Shown here: positions 60,601 to 64,000 of the stretch, piece by piece
Position numbering within the stretch: position 1 is the stretch's first letter
Layout of the letters: each line of letters begins with the position of its first letter
NCBI GenBank assembly: GCA_964199315.1
Contig: OZ116706.1
Span: 9,672,001-9,736,000 of the forward strand
Direction: 5' to 3'
From: Orbicella franksi
Taxonomy: Eukaryota
DNA: 64,000 bases
Program-made: the position numbers and the translations under genes
The notes under the pieces: model-generated
Told to the model about the DNA's origin: nothing
Databases searched by the model: none
Seen by the model: the letters and a program-made list of their open reading frames with translations, nothing else

Positions 60601-63600
60601 TGAAAATCCTATGTATAAACTGCAAGTTGTTACTGCCAAGTATCAGTGTTGTCTTATTGAGCTTTTGTAATTTTTTGGTCATTTTACCATCAAAAGGTTC
60701 AACAAACTTCACAGACAACTCCTCAGCTTTTGCAGCTGTTGCTACAGCAGCAACAACAACAGTTACAACAACAGCAGCTACAGCAACTTCAACCAAAACC
60801 TCAGCAGCCAACACCACAGCAACAGCAGTACCCTGCTGTCCAACCAACGTCAAATCAGAATGTTCTGCTTCAGCAGCTTTTGCAACAGCTCGGTGTGCTC
60901 CCTAAGCAGACGGCTACTTCAGCAGCACCACAACAGCAACATGTGGCAGTTCCCGAAGAACAGCTGTCTCCACAGCAACAGGTTCCTTCTCCTGGGTCCG
61001 CGTCATCGTTGTCATCAACTCCGGGATCCCCTCTTCAGCCAAGTTCTCCAGTGTCTCCTGTTCATTCGCATTTGCAGGTTGCCAGTCCCCAGACACAACA
61101 AGTGAGTGACTTCATTATGAATCCCATCATTTGGACTTAAATCTACATGTACCTTAACCAAGAAAAATGAGTGCATAGGTTTCATTTTTCATTGCATTGT
61201 ACATATCCACTAGGCTCATCTCCAGCCACAGATTGTCAAGACTGATTCTGCTGCTACTGTCATTGGAACTATAGATTTGAGTCAATCACAGATCCAGCCT
61301 ACACTCTCTCAAGGACCTAATGGTGTCCTTACAGCTACCATTCCCATTGTCTTGGACCCTAACAAGATTCCTATCAGTCGTCTGACAAATTCCAAGGGGC
61401 AAGGGGGAGTGAAAACGGAAAAGCGTTCAGCTCACAATTTGATTGAGAAACGATACCGCACCAGTATTAATGACAAAATTGTGGAGTTGAAAGACCTTGT
61501 TTGTGGGCAAGATACCAAGGTATGGCCATAGTTGGTAACAGTATTTAACTTGTATTTTCAGTTGTTGGAGGAGGTTTAAGAGTTGTCATAGTTAATGATA
61601 AGAACTGGTGATTGGCAAATATTACCTTCAAGTAGTTCTGCGTATGCTGGGCACATAAGGAACAATCTTAAAGTGCTATTGCTTTTACAGTAACTGTCAC
61701 CTTTTCATTTCTCCTCCAAGCTGAACACAATGAGAAGGATGTGGGGATTTTGCTTATAACCTGTTTGTGTTATGTTCATCATTATTTTGGTGTCTAGAGT
61801 AATTCACAATAATATTATTCACACTGTTGTTTCAGATGAACAAAGCTGGTGTATTAAGGAAGGCGATAGAGGTTATACTGAAGCTTCAGAATGACAATGC
61901 ACGTCTCAAACAAGAAAACATGGCATTGAAGATGGCACAGCAAAAGAGAGGTAAGAGTTGTTTAATTTTGTAGTTTGTTTCGTTACAACTTTTATGTTGA
62001 AATGTGCTGGAAACCAAGGGTCATGGCACTGTACTCAACATTCCTTAATTTAATTATTAAGTTTGGTGTGTTGCCATTACTGGGTCACTTTTCTTAACAA
62101 AACCAGTATGGTGCATACATACATATTTACTTTGGTTAAATTGTTAACATTACCAAACACATTCATCAAGTATTCAACCACAACTAATATTGAACTGTCA
62201 TTCGTTTATTATCAACTAGAAACCATCACTGAGCTTGTTCGAAAGCAAAAGGAACATCAGATAAAGAAGGAAATAATAGAAGAAAGTGATATCACTGACT
62301 CAGCAGTTACACAGTCTCAAGATGCCAGTGAGATTGAGGAAATCGCCAAGCCTAGCACTGTCATAGCCAATCCATTAACTCCACCAACTCCAGATCCTTT
62401 GACGAAGGACAAGACTCACATCAAGGTGGAAGCCTTGCCTGTCAGCAGCTGTGGAATGATGGATCGAACCCGTGTTGCTTTGTTTGCATTCATGTTTACC
62501 TTCTTGTTTGTCAACCCTTTGAGTTATGTCATTCCCCAGCTGGACAAAGGTAATTATGTGGTGCTTTATCTAGTAAATTAAGTCTTTGGCATGTACTAAT
62601 TATATACAATATAGGGGAATCTTTGTTTGCAATGTTTTCCTCATTAGTACAATCAGTTCAGTTTCTGATCAAGCTACAAAAATGTCAGTCCTTAATATAG
62701 GGGCACAGCATGAATAATTTCCCAAAGGAATTTGAGCCCGATGTATTGAATACTCCTTTTTGCGACACTGGTATCAAAAATTCCAAATTTTACAAAGAAT
62801 GTATGAGCTCATGAGCACTTTTGCCACCCAGACATTTTGCAGGTTTTGAAAGCCAATTACAAAGTTTTACATGATTCAAGCTCTTTAAATGTTTGGAGTC
62901 AATTTCCTTCTAACATGATGCCTTCCCAGTGCAAAGTTCACTCTATGTGCTCTAAGCGTTGGCAATTGTTGTAGATATTCTGTATTGACAAGATGACACT
63001 GCTTTTTACAAACAGGCATTCTTTTCTCCAACTCTTTGCAAAGCGATCGGCCTCATGCTGGTGGAAGGACTTTGAATTCATACGATGATGCCAGTTCCAT
63101 GCAGCAGGACAAGTGGCTGATAAGTATTGCGCTTCTCACGGTCAAGTGGCTCCTTCATGCAGTCATAGCCATTGCAGTGCTGGTGCGCATCTTTGTGTTT
63201 GGTGAACCGGTGACGCGACCACACTCTAATAATGCAGTCCTGTTCTGGAGACACAGAAACCAAGCTGATGACGATTTGGCCAAGGTACATGTATGCATGG
63301 TGTTATTTGCCTTGGGGTGGCTAAGATTGAGTGATTCACTGAGGGACCTTTGTCCTAGGATGGGTTTTGAAACCAAGTCCTTCCACACATTCTGTTCCAT
63401 TGTCAAAACTCAATGTAACTGTCTTTATGGTCTCATTACTTGTAGGGTGACATGATTTCTGCCTCACGGCATCTGGAGATCTGCCTGAGGGCTCTGAAAC
63501 GTCCACTTCCTGTTTCCAAGCTTGATGTAGCCTGTGGCCTGACCTGGCAGTTAATGCGTCATGTTCTTCACAGGCTGTGGATTGGAACATGGCTTGCTTC

Positions 63601-64000
63601 TGCTGCTGGGGGAATAAAGCTGCGGAGTGGAAGCTGTGACACCAAGGACCATGCCAGAATATCAGCAAAGGATGCAGCCATGGCGTACCATCAGTTACAC
63701 CAATTGAGCCTTACAGGTACTATAGATTTGATATTTGAGAGTGAAGTGAAGACACGATTGATCATTGCAGTTATATAAACAACTTAATCAGTTGTGAAGC
63801 TAAGGCCTGAAAAAAAATCTGTTGTTAGTGTTGATTAAGTGTGGTGAAAACAGATAAGAAGAAAATGGAGATAAATCTCTTTCACACCCCGTCATGCCTC
63901 AAGTCAATTTATGTGGTCAATATGTTTGTTCTAGGTCATGTTTCGGTGAATGGATGGCGATCTTCCTTTCTTGGCCTGGCAGCAGTGAACCTTGCAGAGT
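57636..64000 (+). CDS. SREBF: Sterol regulatory element-binding protein (SREBF1/2 co-orthologue), first 9 coding exons; continues past the right edge
   Basis: Exons: 57636-57765 (second in-frame ATG at 57648), 59612-60114, 60697-61101 (acceptor uncertain), 61214-61519, 61836-61950, 62220-62549, 63016-63284, 63446-63716, 63935-64000+. The bHLH has the diagnostic Tyr ([21 protein letters not shown]). Also DRTR-TM1 with NP, TM2[12 protein letters not shown], and FWRHRNQAD. Confidence 0.96.
59026..59427. mobile_element. Foldback element with ~115-bp TIRs around a SAM-domain-like coding fragment (SREBP intron 1)
   Basis: 59026 to about 59142 is the imperfect reverse complement of about 59310 to 59427. 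The spacer encodes [43 protein letters not shown] on the minus strand (59150-59278). Confidence 0.7.

Noticed and set aside
57636-64000. Intronic miR-33 in SREBP
   Set aside because: No miR-33-like hairpin was seen. The host intron in bilaterians is near the 3' end, outside this window, and miR-33 is not a known cnidarian family.

Overview
Eukaryotic, intron-rich animal DNA. Gene content and repeat style suggest a stony coral (inference). The ORF track misses most real coding sequence, so I rebuilt genes by hand from GT-AG sites and phase continuity. Genes found: PAN3 (minus, 7 exons, runs off the left edge); an intronless RING/B-box/B-box/coiled-coil TRIM gene frameshifted before any C-terminal domain; a six-MBD copper P1B-ATPase ATP7 (minus, 17 coding exons, part of MBD5 lost in an N-gap); SQSTM1/p62 (plus, 5 exons); TTC29 (minus, 9 exons); and SREBP (plus, 9 exons, runs off the right edge), head-to-head with TTC29. 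Introns and intergenic DNA hold tRNA-type SINEs, hairpin MITEs, an RTE LINE fragment and simple repeats. Best leads: an SRE-like site plus CCAAT box just upstream of the SREBP start (possible autoregulation); a compact ARE + E-box + YY1 module between ATP7 and p62; a phase-compatible chain of cryptic minus-strand exons at 34.5-41 kb; a foldback element carrying a SAM-like fragment; unusual p62 and SREBP motifs; and four genes whose human orthologues fall in the 4/5/13/X ParaHox paralogon. All gene models and motif calls are manual and lack RNA support.
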